Shown: piece by piece, positions 8,995 to 16,803 of the stretch
How positions within the stretch are numbered: position 1 is the stretch's first letter
Layout: each line of letters opens with the position of its first letter
DNA from: Phycisphaeraceae bacterium
GTDB lineage: Bacteria > Planctomycetota > Phycisphaerae > Phycisphaerales > SM1A02
Direction: 5' to 3'
Length of the DNA: 41,471 nt
NCBI GenBank assembly: GCA_040380385.1
Contig: JBEIJG010000001.1
Span: forward strand, 1-41,471
Notes under the pieces: generated by a model
The model's input: only the letters and a program-made list of their open reading frames with translations
Told to the model about the DNA's origin: nothing
Databases searched by the model: none
Position numbers and translations under genes: made by a program

Positions 8995-9031
8995 GGGGGC
9001 GGCCCGGAGGGGCCGCCCCCATTCTCTTTTT
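8995..9031 (+). terminator. Rho-independent terminator after flagellin 2
   Basis: gggggcggcc-cggagg-ggccgccccc followed by attctcttttt. Confidence 0.85.
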
Positions 9032-9159
9032 GCATCAGCGACCGATCGGCCTCTTCAGCGCGGCGACGAAATTTTTCGACTTTCCATTGGACAGCCCCCG
9101 AACTCGGGCTACTTTGCGTCCCGGAGGGAGGGACCCTCAAAAGGGAGAGAAGGTCCCTC

Positions 9160-9654
9160 ATGTCTGTGAAACGTGGATGGCCCAGTGGGCCCGTTTTTAC
9201 GGGTTTTTCACTTGGCAAGCGCTTGAAAGGCGATTTTTCCCATCGCCTTGCGAGAGCAGCAGCACTGTTCGTGCTGGTTGGTGTTCTCCCAACCATCATG
9301 ATCGGGTCGGCGGCGGGTTCGCTTGCGGACACGCCGGGTAGGGGTTCGCTTGGGATGAATTCAGGGATGGACTCGTTTGGGACGAGCGCCTCCCAATTGA
9401 CTTCGCGCCGAGCAGCTTCGAACGAAGCCTCTTCGAATGAAACGAAGGGCGATTCGATTCGTTCATCGATGGATCAGTTTGGCATGGCAGCGGTTGGAAC
9501 GACCGAAGCCGAGAGTGAGTTGAAGGAGTCCGATCTGGACAATCGGAATGCTGTGCCACCTGCACGGCCTCTTCAAAATCGCACTCGGACTCGCATCGAA
9601 CCAATCGTCCAAGGCGCAGCGATGGAAATCGCGATCGGCCTGCCTCGTGAATGA
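9160..9654 (+). CDS. Hypothetical small membrane protein (weak call)
   Basis: ORF with one hydrophobic helix (AAALFVLVGVLPTIMIGSAAG) and a Ser-rich tail. Third-position GC is only moderate. The ATG is immediately preceded by the hairpin gagggacc-N16-ggtccctc (9126-9157). Confidence 0.3.
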   Translation: MSVKRGWPSGPVFTGFSLGKRLKGDFSHRLARAAALFVLVGVLPTIMIGSAAGSLADTPGRGSLGMNSGMDSFGTSASQLTSRRAASNEASSNETKGDSIRSSMDQFGMAAVGTTEAESELKESDLDNRNAVPPARPLQNRTRTRIEPIVQGAAMEIAIGLPRE

Positions 9655-10015
9655 CGGAGTTCTCACTTCGAACGAGTTCATGCTTGTTCGAAACACGAGA
9701 TTGGCTTGACAGGAGCCACCCCGTCAAAGTGCAAGCGCCCCTGGACCGGGCAGCAACGCGCGTACGAGTGCCGTGTGACGGTAAGGAGTGGATGGCGAGT
9801 CAGTGAGTTGATGGCAACGATCGAGCAGTTGGGTTCGCACTGTTGGACGACATGCGGACCGCACGCGAGGTCACCGAGTAGTGAGGAGGGTTTGGGGGCC
9901 GCAAGGCCACGGTGGAGGGAACACCGAAAGACCAAACAAAGCCAGGCAACTTCACGAGACAGAACTCGACGTGCAGCGATTGGACACCGCAGCACACCAG
10001 CACACCGAAACCGTT

Positions 10016-10047
10016 ACGAACCCGCGCAAGCGGGTTCGTTCATTTTT
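10016..10047 (+). terminator. Rho-independent terminator in a non-coding stretch
   Basis: acgaacccgc-gcaa-gcgggttcgt (10-bp stem, GNRA loop) followed by tcattttt. No convincing ORF ends just upstream. Confidence 0.75.
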
Positions 10048-10192
10048 GGCGACCGAGGCGGGTTCTTGCACGGATCCGTGCACAGTTTCGAGTCGATCGC
10101 GTTTGCGTGCATGCAACATGGTCGGAGCATGAGGCTCGGGGGTCAGCGCCCACGACACGCCGGCTGCGACGCTGACTGCAGGCGGTTCCGTA

Positions 10193-11941
10193 TTGTTTCG
10201 ATGTTCAAGCTTGCTCGCGCGTCGTGACCGCTGCGCGTACCTTTCGCGCGTGCATCGTCGATCTGAGCCTGAGTCAACTGCAACCGCTGAGCGCGCGCAT
10301 CTCCATGCGCTGGATACGCAGCGTGCACGGGGTGGAGTTTCTCGCCGCAAAGCACTCGGTGCGCACTACACACCACCGACGCTCGTGGATCATCTCATCC
10401 ACGAAGCACTGCACGGCGTTCGCGCGCTGAAGGAGTTGGGCTCTTTCCTCGATCCTGCGTGTGGATCGGGGAATTTTTTGGTCGCGATGACGAAGGAGTG
10501 GGCGCGCCGGACGAAAGAGCCCATCGCGTCTGTGCTGGCGGATCGCGTGTATGGCATCGATCTTGACGCCGAAGCGGTTCGTCTCGCGCGCGAAGCGCTG
10601 CTGGCACTCTTACCCGCGCGCACGAGTACCAAGGTGCGGGAGCGGGTCGCGCAGGCACTTGGGTCGCATGTGATCAAAGGCGACGCACTGGATGCTGAGG
10701 TTCGCGCGCGCCTTGGCGTTTGCGAGTTTGGCATGGTGCTTGGGAATCCGCCGTTTCTCAGCCAGTTGAAGCGGGGGACTGTTGCCTCGCGTTCTCGCGC
10801 GCGCGCCGTTTCGGTTGCGACGCACGGCGCGGTACGGCGCTATGCCGACGGAGCAACGGCGTTTCTTCTCGTTGGACTTGAGTGCTTGAAGCCGCGCGGA
10901 CGACTCGCGTTTGTCATGCCGATTTCGTTTTTGTCCGCCGGTGACGCAGGGGCCGCACGTGCGCGCGCGTTGGAAATCGCAGGTTTGAACGCGATTTGGT
11001 CGGCGCATGAAGGATTCTTCACGGATGCGAACGTACGCGTCTGTGGCGTGGTTTTGGAACGCGACAGACTCTCGCGCGGCCGCGGCCCGACGACGTCAAG
11101 GCACAAGCAATCGACATCGGTCCGGCGAGCGTTTGGAGCCGAGTTCGAACCACTGTCGTCTTGCGAATGGTCGCCGAGCACGCGAGATTCGACGTGGTCA
11201 CCGCTCCTCGCAGAAGCATTTGGAGCACCTAGAACTGCCATTCAAGTTGCTGAGGGTGCGACGCTTGGAAACTTCGCCTCGGCAACAGCCGACTTTCGCG
11301 ATCAGTACTACGGATTGCAGGCCGCCTTGATTGAAGATCCGCGCGCAGTCGCGCCTCTCGTGACGACCAAACACATTGACTTCGCGTGCAATCGATGGGG
11401 GGGCTGTGATGTGCGCATCTTTCGAAACACGCGGCGGCATCCAGCGATCGATCTCGACGCGTTGTCCGAACAGCCGAAGATGCGCGCATGGCTCGAGCGG
11501 CGGCGCACGCCGAAGGTGCTCGTGGCGACGCAGACGAAGATCATGGAGGCGTGGGTCGACGAAGCGGGGCTCGCTGTTCCGCTCGTGCCGCTTCTGACGG
11601 TGCAGCCTCATCGCGCGGCGGATCTCTGGAAAGTTGCGGCGGCGATCGCGTCGCCAGTGGTCGCGGCGCGTGCAGTCGCGCTCTATGCCGGTAGCGCGCT
11701 CAGTTCTGGAGCAATCAAGTTGTCGGCGAAACAACTCCTCGCGATGCCGACGCCTTGTGACCTCGCGCTCTGGGGCGAAAGTGCGCGGATCTTTCGGCAG
11801 ATCTCGCGGGAACGTGGCGAAGTGAAGCGCGCGGCGCTGCTCGCAGACTTCGCTGAGGTGTCCTGTCGTGCGCACGGACTTGAGGGCAAGTCTTTGCACG
11901 AGACGATGCAATTCTGGAAGACGCGGGCTGGGCTCGCTTGA
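10193..11941 (+). CDS. N6-adenine DNA methyltransferase, gamma-class (Eco57I/TaqI-like), solitary
   Basis: The SAM-binding motif I is FLDPACGSGNFLVAM and the catalytic motif IV is LGNPPFLSQ. GAHYTPPTLVDHLI and VYGIDLDAEAV are also present, in gamma-class order. A roughly 300-aa C-terminal putative target-recognition region follows. The start is uncertain (TTG at 10193, no in-frame ATG nearby). Confidence 0.8.
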   Translation: MFRCSSLLARRDRCAYLSRVHRRSEPESTATAERAHLHALDTQRARGGVSRRKALGAHYTPPTLVDHLIHEALHGVRALKELGSFLDPACGSGNFLVAMTKEWARRTKEPIASVLADRVYGIDLDAEAVRLAREALLALLPARTSTKVRERVAQALGSHVIKGDALDAEVRARLGVCEFGMVLGNPPFLSQLKRGTVASRSRARAVSVATHGAVRRYADGATAFLLVGLECLKPRGRLAFVMPISFLSAGDAGAARARALEIAGLNAIWSAHEGFFTDANVRVCGVVLERDRLSRGRGPTTSRHKQSTSVRRAFGAEFEPLSSCEWSPSTRDSTWSPLLAEAFGAPRTAIQVAEGATLGNFASATADFRDQYYGLQAALIEDPRAVAPLVTTKHIDFACNRWGGCDVRIFRNTRRHPAIDLDALSEQPKMRAWLERRRTPKVLVATQTKIMEAWVDEAGLAVPLVPLLTVQPHRAADLWKVAAAIASPVVAARAVALYAGSALSSGAIKLSAKQLLAMPTPCDLALWGESARIFRQISRERGEVKRAALLADFAEVSCRAHGLEGKSLHETMQFWKTRAGLA

Positions 11942-11953
11942 GCGCGAGATTGC

Positions 11954-11989
11954 CAAAAAGCACATCGCCCGCGAGATGCGGGCGATGTG
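11954..11989 (-). terminator. Rho-independent terminator of rplT
   Basis: On the minus strand: cacatcgcccgc-atctc-gcgggcgatgtg followed by ctttttgg. Confidence 0.8.
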
Positions 11990-12035
11990 GGGATCTCAAT
12001 GAAACTCGCGAGAAGCGAGCGATCTCAAGAACGGC

Positions 12036-12410
12036 TTAGGCCGCGGCTGGGATCGCGGTCGTGTTCTTCTTTGCGACGTCGACGAGCGCGTCAAAGGTCT
12101 TCGGGTCTTCGATCGCGATCTGCGAGAGCATCTTGCGATTCAGAAGAACGCCAGCGCGCTGCAGGCCGTTGATGAAGAGCGAGTAGCGCGTGCCGCGCAT
12201 ACGGCAGGCTGCCGTGATACGGGTGATCCAGAGCGCACGGAAATCGCGCTTGCGGGCGCGACGGTCGCGCCATGCATAACGCTTCGCGCGCATGATGGCG
12301 ACCTTCGCCTGTTGCTTGTGACGGGACTTGGTGCCGTAGTAACCGCGAGCCTCGCGGAGAAGCTTGCGGCGGGCCTGCGTGCGTGCTGCACCCTTACGTG
12401 CGCGTGACAT
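12036..12410 (-). CDS. rplT: 50S ribosomal protein L20
   Basis: MSRARKGAARTQARRKLLREARGYYGTKSRHKQQAKVAIMRAKRYAWRDRRARKRDFRALWITRI. Confidence 0.97.
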   Translation of the reverse strand: MSRARKGAARTQARRKLLREARGYYGTKSRHKQQAKVAIMRAKRYAWRDRRARKRDFRALWITRITAACRMRGTRYSLFINGLQRAGVLLNRKMLSQIAIEDPKTFDALVDVAKKNTTAIPAAA

Positions 12411-12592
12411 GGTTCAACCTCTTGATTGCGCTCTTGATTGCGACCGGCGGGGGCTTGGTACCACCCAAGCACTTCGGACCCGACGATCTTTGGTCCGTGA
12501 TGTCTTTGCGAACGACTTCGAAGGAGAGTTTTCCAACGAAGTTCGTCGCGAGAAACGCTGTGATGTTTGCTTCGCTTGTTGTTCTGTTCGCG

Positions 12593-12850
12593 TCAGACCG
12601 CAACAGCAACTTCGCGGTTTGCTTCACGCAAATCGTGGAGTTCTTGCGAGAGCAGCGGACGGAACAAGAGCTTGCTGAGCGCGCGGATATCACCAGAGCG
12701 CGCGTAACGACGCTTGCGATAGCTCTGGATCTGCGTGCCTGCCTTGTTCGACTTCAGGTGCCGGCTGTGCGGACGGCCGAAGCGAATCTTGCCCTTCTTC
12801 GAGATCTTGATGCGCTTGGCGAGGCCCTTGTGGCTCTTGTTCTTCGGCAT
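12593..12850 (-). CDS. rpmI: 50S ribosomal protein L35
   Basis: MPKNKSHKGLAKRIKISKKGKIRFGRPHSRHLKSNKAG..., with the ATG at 12850 inside ORF 12593..12994. The C-terminus is about 20 aa longer than a typical L35. Confidence 0.9.
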   Translation of the reverse strand: MPKNKSHKGLAKRIKISKKGKIRFGRPHSRHLKSNKAGTQIQSYRKRRYARSGDIRALSKLLFRPLLSQELHDLREANREVAVAV

Positions 12851-13016
12851 AGGTACTTCCGTTCTGGAGGGTCGATGAAGATAGCAGAACCCTTGGAAGA
12901 CGCAAGGCCGTCGCCCATGATCACGTTGGGTTATCGGAGAGAGCGGGAGATCTTGGGTTGCAGGTGGCGCATCGAGCTCGGCGCGACCATCCAACCTCGC
13001 GGCTGGAAAGCCTCGC

Positions 13017-14099
13017 TCACTGCATCAAGAAGATGTCGAACCCGATCCAGTCGATGGGGGCGTCGACGCCATCCTCAAGTTGCCCGCGATCCATCGGAAT
13101 CCAGATGTTCTCGGTGTGGCTCGGCATTTGGGCCGACGCGGGGAGAACAAGTACGGGCGTCGCGACAAACTCCACCGAGCCATCGGTGAAGAGCAAGTTC
13201 TGGCCGCGTCCGCCGTGTTCGGGGCTGTTCATCGAGAACGTTCCAACCGAGCGCCCGCGACGCATGAGATCAATGACGGGATTGCGATCGGCGACAGCGG
13301 GCGCGCGGAATCCACCGCCCCATGCAAAGTTTGCCATCGCGTGGGGCACTTGATAGGCGTAGCCCTCGCCGGTGGTGTCGTTGCCGCAGGCAGTGCAGCC
13401 CTCGCCGCAGTACTGGCCGTCCACGAGTGGGTCGAGATGATCGCTGTTGCGATACTTGTGCCAGCCGCCAAGCGATGAGAAGTTCGGGAGCAGCGATGCC
13501 TGAATGGGCATACTTCGGTGATCACCGTAGTACGCCGCGATGCCGCCGCCGAGTTGACGGAGATTCTCGCTGCATCGGAGATCCGCGTTTCGACCGCTCA
13601 TCCACGCGAAAATCGGCGCGCCGATGGAAACCAGCAGAATGGCCGCGCAAGCAATCGCGATGAAATCGTGCCAGCGACCTGAGCCCAGTTTGGGTTGAGC
13701 CGCAGGCTCAAGGCGCATGCGCGCGGCTTGCGCTTCGTCTTCACGCGCGATGCGCGCGAGCGTGAGATCGACGAGGCTTTCATCTACGGGCTCAGCCTCG
13801 TAAGAATCGAGTCGTCCGAAGAGTTGTGATGCCGCCGCGAGGCGTGCGGCAAGCGCTGGATGTGCGTTGGTTGCTTTCGCGAGATCGAACTCGTGCTCGA
13901 TCAGAATGTCGATGGCGACGCAATCGGATTCCGTGAGCGTCGCAGGCGCGCGCGTATTGCTTTCGCTCATGCCTTCACGCGTGCCTTCGCTTGACCCTTC
14001 GCTCTTGCGGTCGGTCGCGTGCGCGTCGTTGGTATCGTTCTCTCGGTTCATGCGGCGACGCTGCTCAAAAACATGTGCGAAGGCGGGGGAACGGGACAC
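13017..14099 (-). CDS. Membrane anti-sigma-like protein fused to a DUF1559/H-X9-DG (pseudopilin-associated) extracytoplasmic domain
   Basis: The gene begins 17 nt after the ECF sigma stop. It has a cytoplasmic N-terminal region and one TM helix (WHDFIAIACAAILLVSIGAPIFAW). This is followed by RCSENLRQLGGGIAAYYGDH and, near the C-terminus, HGGRGQNLLFTDGSVEFV. Both are signatures I recognise from DUF1559 proteins. The start is uncertain (GTG 14099 or ATG 14051). Confidence 0.65.
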   Translation of the reverse strand: MSRSPAFAHVFEQRRRMNRENDTNDAHATDRKSEGSSEGTREGMSESNTRAPATLTESDCVAIDILIEHEFDLAKATNAHPALAARLAAASQLFGRLDSYEAEPVDESLVDLTLARIAREDEAQAARMRLEPAAQPKLGSGRWHDFIAIACAAILLVSIGAPIFAWMSGRNADLRCSENLRQLGGGIAAYYGDHRSMPIQASLLPNFSSLGGWHKYRNSDHLDPLVDGQYCGEGCTACGNDTTGEGYAYQVPHAMANFAWGGGFRAPAVADRNPVIDLMRRGRSVGTFSMNSPEHGGRGQNLLFTDGSVEFVATPVLVLPASAQMPSHTENIWIPMDRGQLEDGVDAPIDWIGFDIFLMQ

Positions 14100-14115
14100 G
14101 ACACGGGGAAGAGTT

Positions 14116-15216
14116 TCATTCGTCTTCCTCCTTCCGTGCGCGGAGCGGCAGGGGCTTCGCGTCGACGCGAATGCCGCGTCGGGCGCAGGCGATTCGCCAA
14201 CTCTCTGCGAAGCAAGCGACTGCCGCGTGCAAGCGACTCTTTACAGTGCCGAGTGGAATCGCGAGGCTGTCTGAAATCTGCGCGTAACTCATCTTTTGGA
14301 AGTACGCGAGCAGCAGGATTTCGCGGAAATGTCCGGGCAACTCATCGACCACGAATTTGACAATCGATGCTTCGTCGCTCGCTTCGAGAGAGGACGCGGG
14401 AGCAGCGTCATTTCCGTCGAGCAAATCGACGAGTGATGCATCTGATTGCGCTCCAACCGGAGCATCGAGACTCACCGCAGAGCGCCGCTTTTGTCGGCGC
14501 AGGTAGTCACGACCTTTGTTTGCGGCGATGGTGTAGAGCCACGGCTTGAAGCGGCGTTCTTCGTCGAAGTTGTCCGCCGAGAGATGCACCTGCAGAAACG
14601 CTTCCTGGAAGACGTCGTCGGCGCCGGTGCGATTTCCAACCAAGCGTGTCAGAAAGCCGTGCAATTCGCTCTTGTAACGGTCGATCAGGACGCGAAGCGC
14701 GCCGGAATCGCCCGCGCGATGCGCCACAACCAACTGTTCGTCTGAGCGTTGGTCGCGGGTTGTCGCGTGCGCGGAGGCGTTGGTGGCGGTCTGCGAAGAT
14801 GAATGTAAAGAAGGGCTCACGCGGTAGGTGTGAGCGCTCTTGCTCGCGCGCTCGCCGCGGAAGATATCCGAGAATGGCGTGTCGGTCCGAGCTGCAACCG
14901 CATCTCGTCGGAGCGATTCGTAACTTTCACGCGTTCCGAAACTTCCGCTCCCCGATGGAGTTTCGATCGCCTTCGACACACGCCGTGCGATACGGCGGGC
15001 GGCGGCGGTTGCGCGCTTGGCCGAGTGCTTCGTGGCCCCCTTGACCTTCGCGAACGACGCATGGAACGCTTGCACCACGGCCTGTTCGGGTGCCGTCCCG
15101 TGGAGGCAATCGAATTGGAGGCAATCGAATTGGAACCGAGCGAATTGGAGCCAAGCGAAACCCGCCCGTTGGGTCGGGCTGAGGTGTTCGGCTTGCAGGG
15201 CGATCGCTCGGGACAT
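14116..15216 (-). CDS. ECF (sigma-70 family) RNA polymerase sigma factor, possibly N-terminally extended
   Basis: Region 2 is DDVFQEAFLQVHLSADNFDEERRFKPWLYTIAANKGRDYLRR. Region 4 is ELPGHFREILLLAYFQKMSYAQISDSLAIPLGTVKSRLHAA. The sigma core starts near 14742. The frame stays open with high third-position GC up to the ATG at 15216. An alternative GTG start lies at 14820. Confidence 0.8.
   Translation of the reverse strand: MSRAIALQAEHLSPTQRAGFAWLQFARFQFDCLQFDCLHGTAPEQAVVQAFHASFAKVKGATKHSAKRATAAARRIARRVSKAIETPSGSGSFGTRESYESLRRDAVAARTDTPFSDIFRGERASKSAHTYRVSPSLHSSSQTATNASAHATTRDQRSDEQLVVAHRAGDSGALRVLIDRYKSELHGFLTRLVGNRTGADDVFQEAFLQVHLSADNFDEERRFKPWLYTIAANKGRDYLRRQKRRSAVSLDAPVGAQSDASLVDLLDGNDAAPASSLEASDEASIVKFVVDELPGHFREILLLAYFQKMSYAQISDSLAIPLGTVKSRLHAAVACFAESWRIACARRGIRVDAKPLPLRARKEEDE
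15102..15161. repeat. 15-bp tandem repeat x4
   Basis: ggaggcaatcgaatt x2 (perfect), then ggaaccgagcgaatt and ggagccaagcgaaac. Confidence 0.9.
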
Positions 15217-15387
15217 CCGCGCGCTACGGCAGCGAGGCCACGAGTGGTTCGAAAGAAGATGCGATTTTCCGTAGAATCCCCGACCCGTTCTCGGAACGTT
15301 CCGATGCGTCCGGGAGGCTGTTCGACGCCGCAGAGGCGGCATGTAGGCGTTGGTCATCCAACGCCGTTCTCTAAGAGGTGTTTCGCG

Positions 15388-16560
15388 ATGGGCGTCCCGA
15401 TCAGCCAGATGTGGACTGTTGCCACCTATGTCCTTGGGCAGAAGCTCCGTGGGCGCAAGCGTTATCCGCTCGTCCTCATGCTCGAGCCGCTCTTTCGCTG
15501 CAATCTCGCGTGCGCCGGCTGCGGCAAGATTCAGTATCCCGCGCACATCTTGAAGCGCCACCTCACGGCCCAGCAGTGCTTTGACGCGGCGGAGGAATGC
15601 GGTGCGCCGATGGTTTCGATTCCGGGCGGCGAGCCGCTGCTCCACCCCGAAATCAAGGAGATCGTCGAGGGGCTCGTCGCGCGCCGGAAGTACATCTACC
15701 TCTGCACCAACGCGTTGCTCCTCAAGGAGAAGCTCGAGGCAGGGCTCTTCAAGCCGTCGAAGTACCTCACCTTCAGCGTCCACATGGACGGACTCGAAGA
15801 GAACCATGACTTCGCGGTTTGCCGCGAGGGGACGTTCCAGAAGGCCGTCGAAGGCATTCGCCTTGCGGTCAAGATGGGCTTCCGCGTGACCACAAACACA
15901 ACGCTTTTCGAGGGCGCCGATCCAAACGCGGTGCGCGCATTCTTCGACGAGATGATGGCGCTCGGCGTCGAAGGCATGATGCTTTCTCCGGGCTATGCCT
16001 ATGACAAGGCGCCGGATCAGACGGGCTTCCTCAAGCGTCGTGAGACGAACCAACTGTTCGAGATGATTCTCTCGAATCGCAAGGATGGGAAGCGTCGCTG
16101 GGTGTTCAACCAGTCGCCGCTCTTCCTTGAGTTCCTGATGGGTAAGCGCGGTTACGAGTGCACGCCGTGGGGGATGCCTTGCTACAACCTCTTCGGTTGG
16201 CAGAAGCCGTGTTACCTCTTGCAAGAGGGCTACGCCGAGACGTTCGCTGAACTCATGGACGAAACCGTTTGGGAAAACTATGGCCACGCGTCCGGCAATC
16301 CAAAGTGTGCAAACTGCATGGTGCACTCCGGGTACGAGGCGAGCGCGGTCGACCACACGTTCTCGAGTTTCGGCGGGCTGTTTGCGACCGTGAAGGCCAT
16401 GGTCTTCAACGCATATGCGAACCCGAGCGCGAAGTCGCGGCTTGCCGACGAGGCGAAGAAGCCGCACGGTCCGGCGCTCCACTTGGTGCAACTTGGGCTT
16501 GCAGAAGATGTCGAGGGCGAGGGCGGAAAGCGCGTGCTGCGGCTCAAGCAGTCGGCGTGA
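15388..16560 (+). CDS. hpnH: Adenosyl-hopene transferase (radical SAM, hopanoid side-chain extension)
   Basis: MGVPISQMWTVATYVLGQKLRGRKRYPLVLMLEPLFRCNLACAGCGKIQYP contains the CxxxCxxC radical-SAM motif in an HpnH-type N-terminus. GGEPLLHPEI and the C-terminal Cys cluster KCANCMVHSGYE are also present. AAGAGG lies 9 nt upstream of the ATG at 15388. Confidence 0.85.
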   Translation: MGVPISQMWTVATYVLGQKLRGRKRYPLVLMLEPLFRCNLACAGCGKIQYPAHILKRHLTAQQCFDAAEECGAPMVSIPGGEPLLHPEIKEIVEGLVARRKYIYLCTNALLLKEKLEAGLFKPSKYLTFSVHMDGLEENHDFAVCREGTFQKAVEGIRLAVKMGFRVTTNTTLFEGADPNAVRAFFDEMMALGVEGMMLSPGYAYDKAPDQTGFLKRRETNQLFEMILSNRKDGKRRWVFNQSPLFLEFLMGKRGYECTPWGMPCYNLFGWQKPCYLLQEGYAETFAELMDETVWENYGHASGNPKCANCMVHSGYEASAVDHTFSSFGGLFATVKAMVFNAYANPSAKSRLADEAKKPHGPALHLVQLGLAEDVEGEGGKRVLRLKQSA

Positions 16561-16603
16561 TTTCTCGCGCACTTCGACTGTGCACGGCACGCGCCGTGGA
16601 GTT

Positions 16604-16669
16604 CCGGCAGGTGCCAGGCACGTGCCATGCAGGTGTCAGGCGCCTGCATGGCATCTGCCAAGTACTGCC
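16604..16669. repeat. Degenerate 11-bp phased repeat array A (about 6 units)
   Basis: The units are ccggcaggtgc, caggcacgtgc, catgcaggtgt, caggcgcctgc, atggcatctgc and caagtactgcc. The array contains the 10-bp palindrome ggcacgtgcc (16617-16626) and the inverted repeat catgcagg/cctgcatg (16626-33 / 16643-50). Confidence 0.7.
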
Positions 16670-16726
16670 GTGACGCGGTTCTAAACAGTTGGATTTTCTT
16701 GACTTGCGCCTGGTGCTAGCCAGTGC

Positions 16727-16803
16727 ACGGCACGTGTCTGGCGCGTGTCTGGCGCGTGTCTGGCACGTGTCTGGCGCGTGTCTGGAACGTGTCTAGCACC
16801 GTT
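16727..16803. repeat. 11-bp tandem direct repeat array B (6 good units plus 1 degenerate)
   Basis: The units are acggcacgtgt, ctggcgcgtgt, ctggcgcgtgt, ctggcacgtgt, ctggcgcgtgt, ctggaacgtgt and ctagcaccgtt. The array ends 73 bp before the ATG at 16876. Confidence 0.9.

Noticed and set aside
9655-10047. Known housekeeping RNA (tmRNA, RNase P RNA, SRP RNA, 6S)
   Set aside because: I could not find the conserved tmRNA 3' CCACCA/T-arm, the RNase P GGAAAGUCCGG segment or the SRP GGAA/AGCA domain IV motifs. The region is kept only as an unclassified sRNA candidate.
9706-10227. 173-aa ORF upstream of and overlapping the methyltransferase start
   Set aside because: It reads straight through a strong intrinsic terminator hairpin. 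It also has poor third-position GC and a Arg/Ser/Thr-rich low-complexity translation.
15217-16590. Upstream two-thirds of the 824-aa minus-strand ORF 14116..16590
   Set aside because: It is directly antisense to hpnH, whose radical-SAM motifs are unambiguous. Only the 3' part of the ORF (at most 15216) carries sigma-factor motifs.
16604-16803. Possible CRISPR array; the same question applies to 28371-28442 and 32328-32432
   Set aside because: The repeat units are only 11-21 bp long and directly abut each other with no spacers. No cas genes are present in the window.
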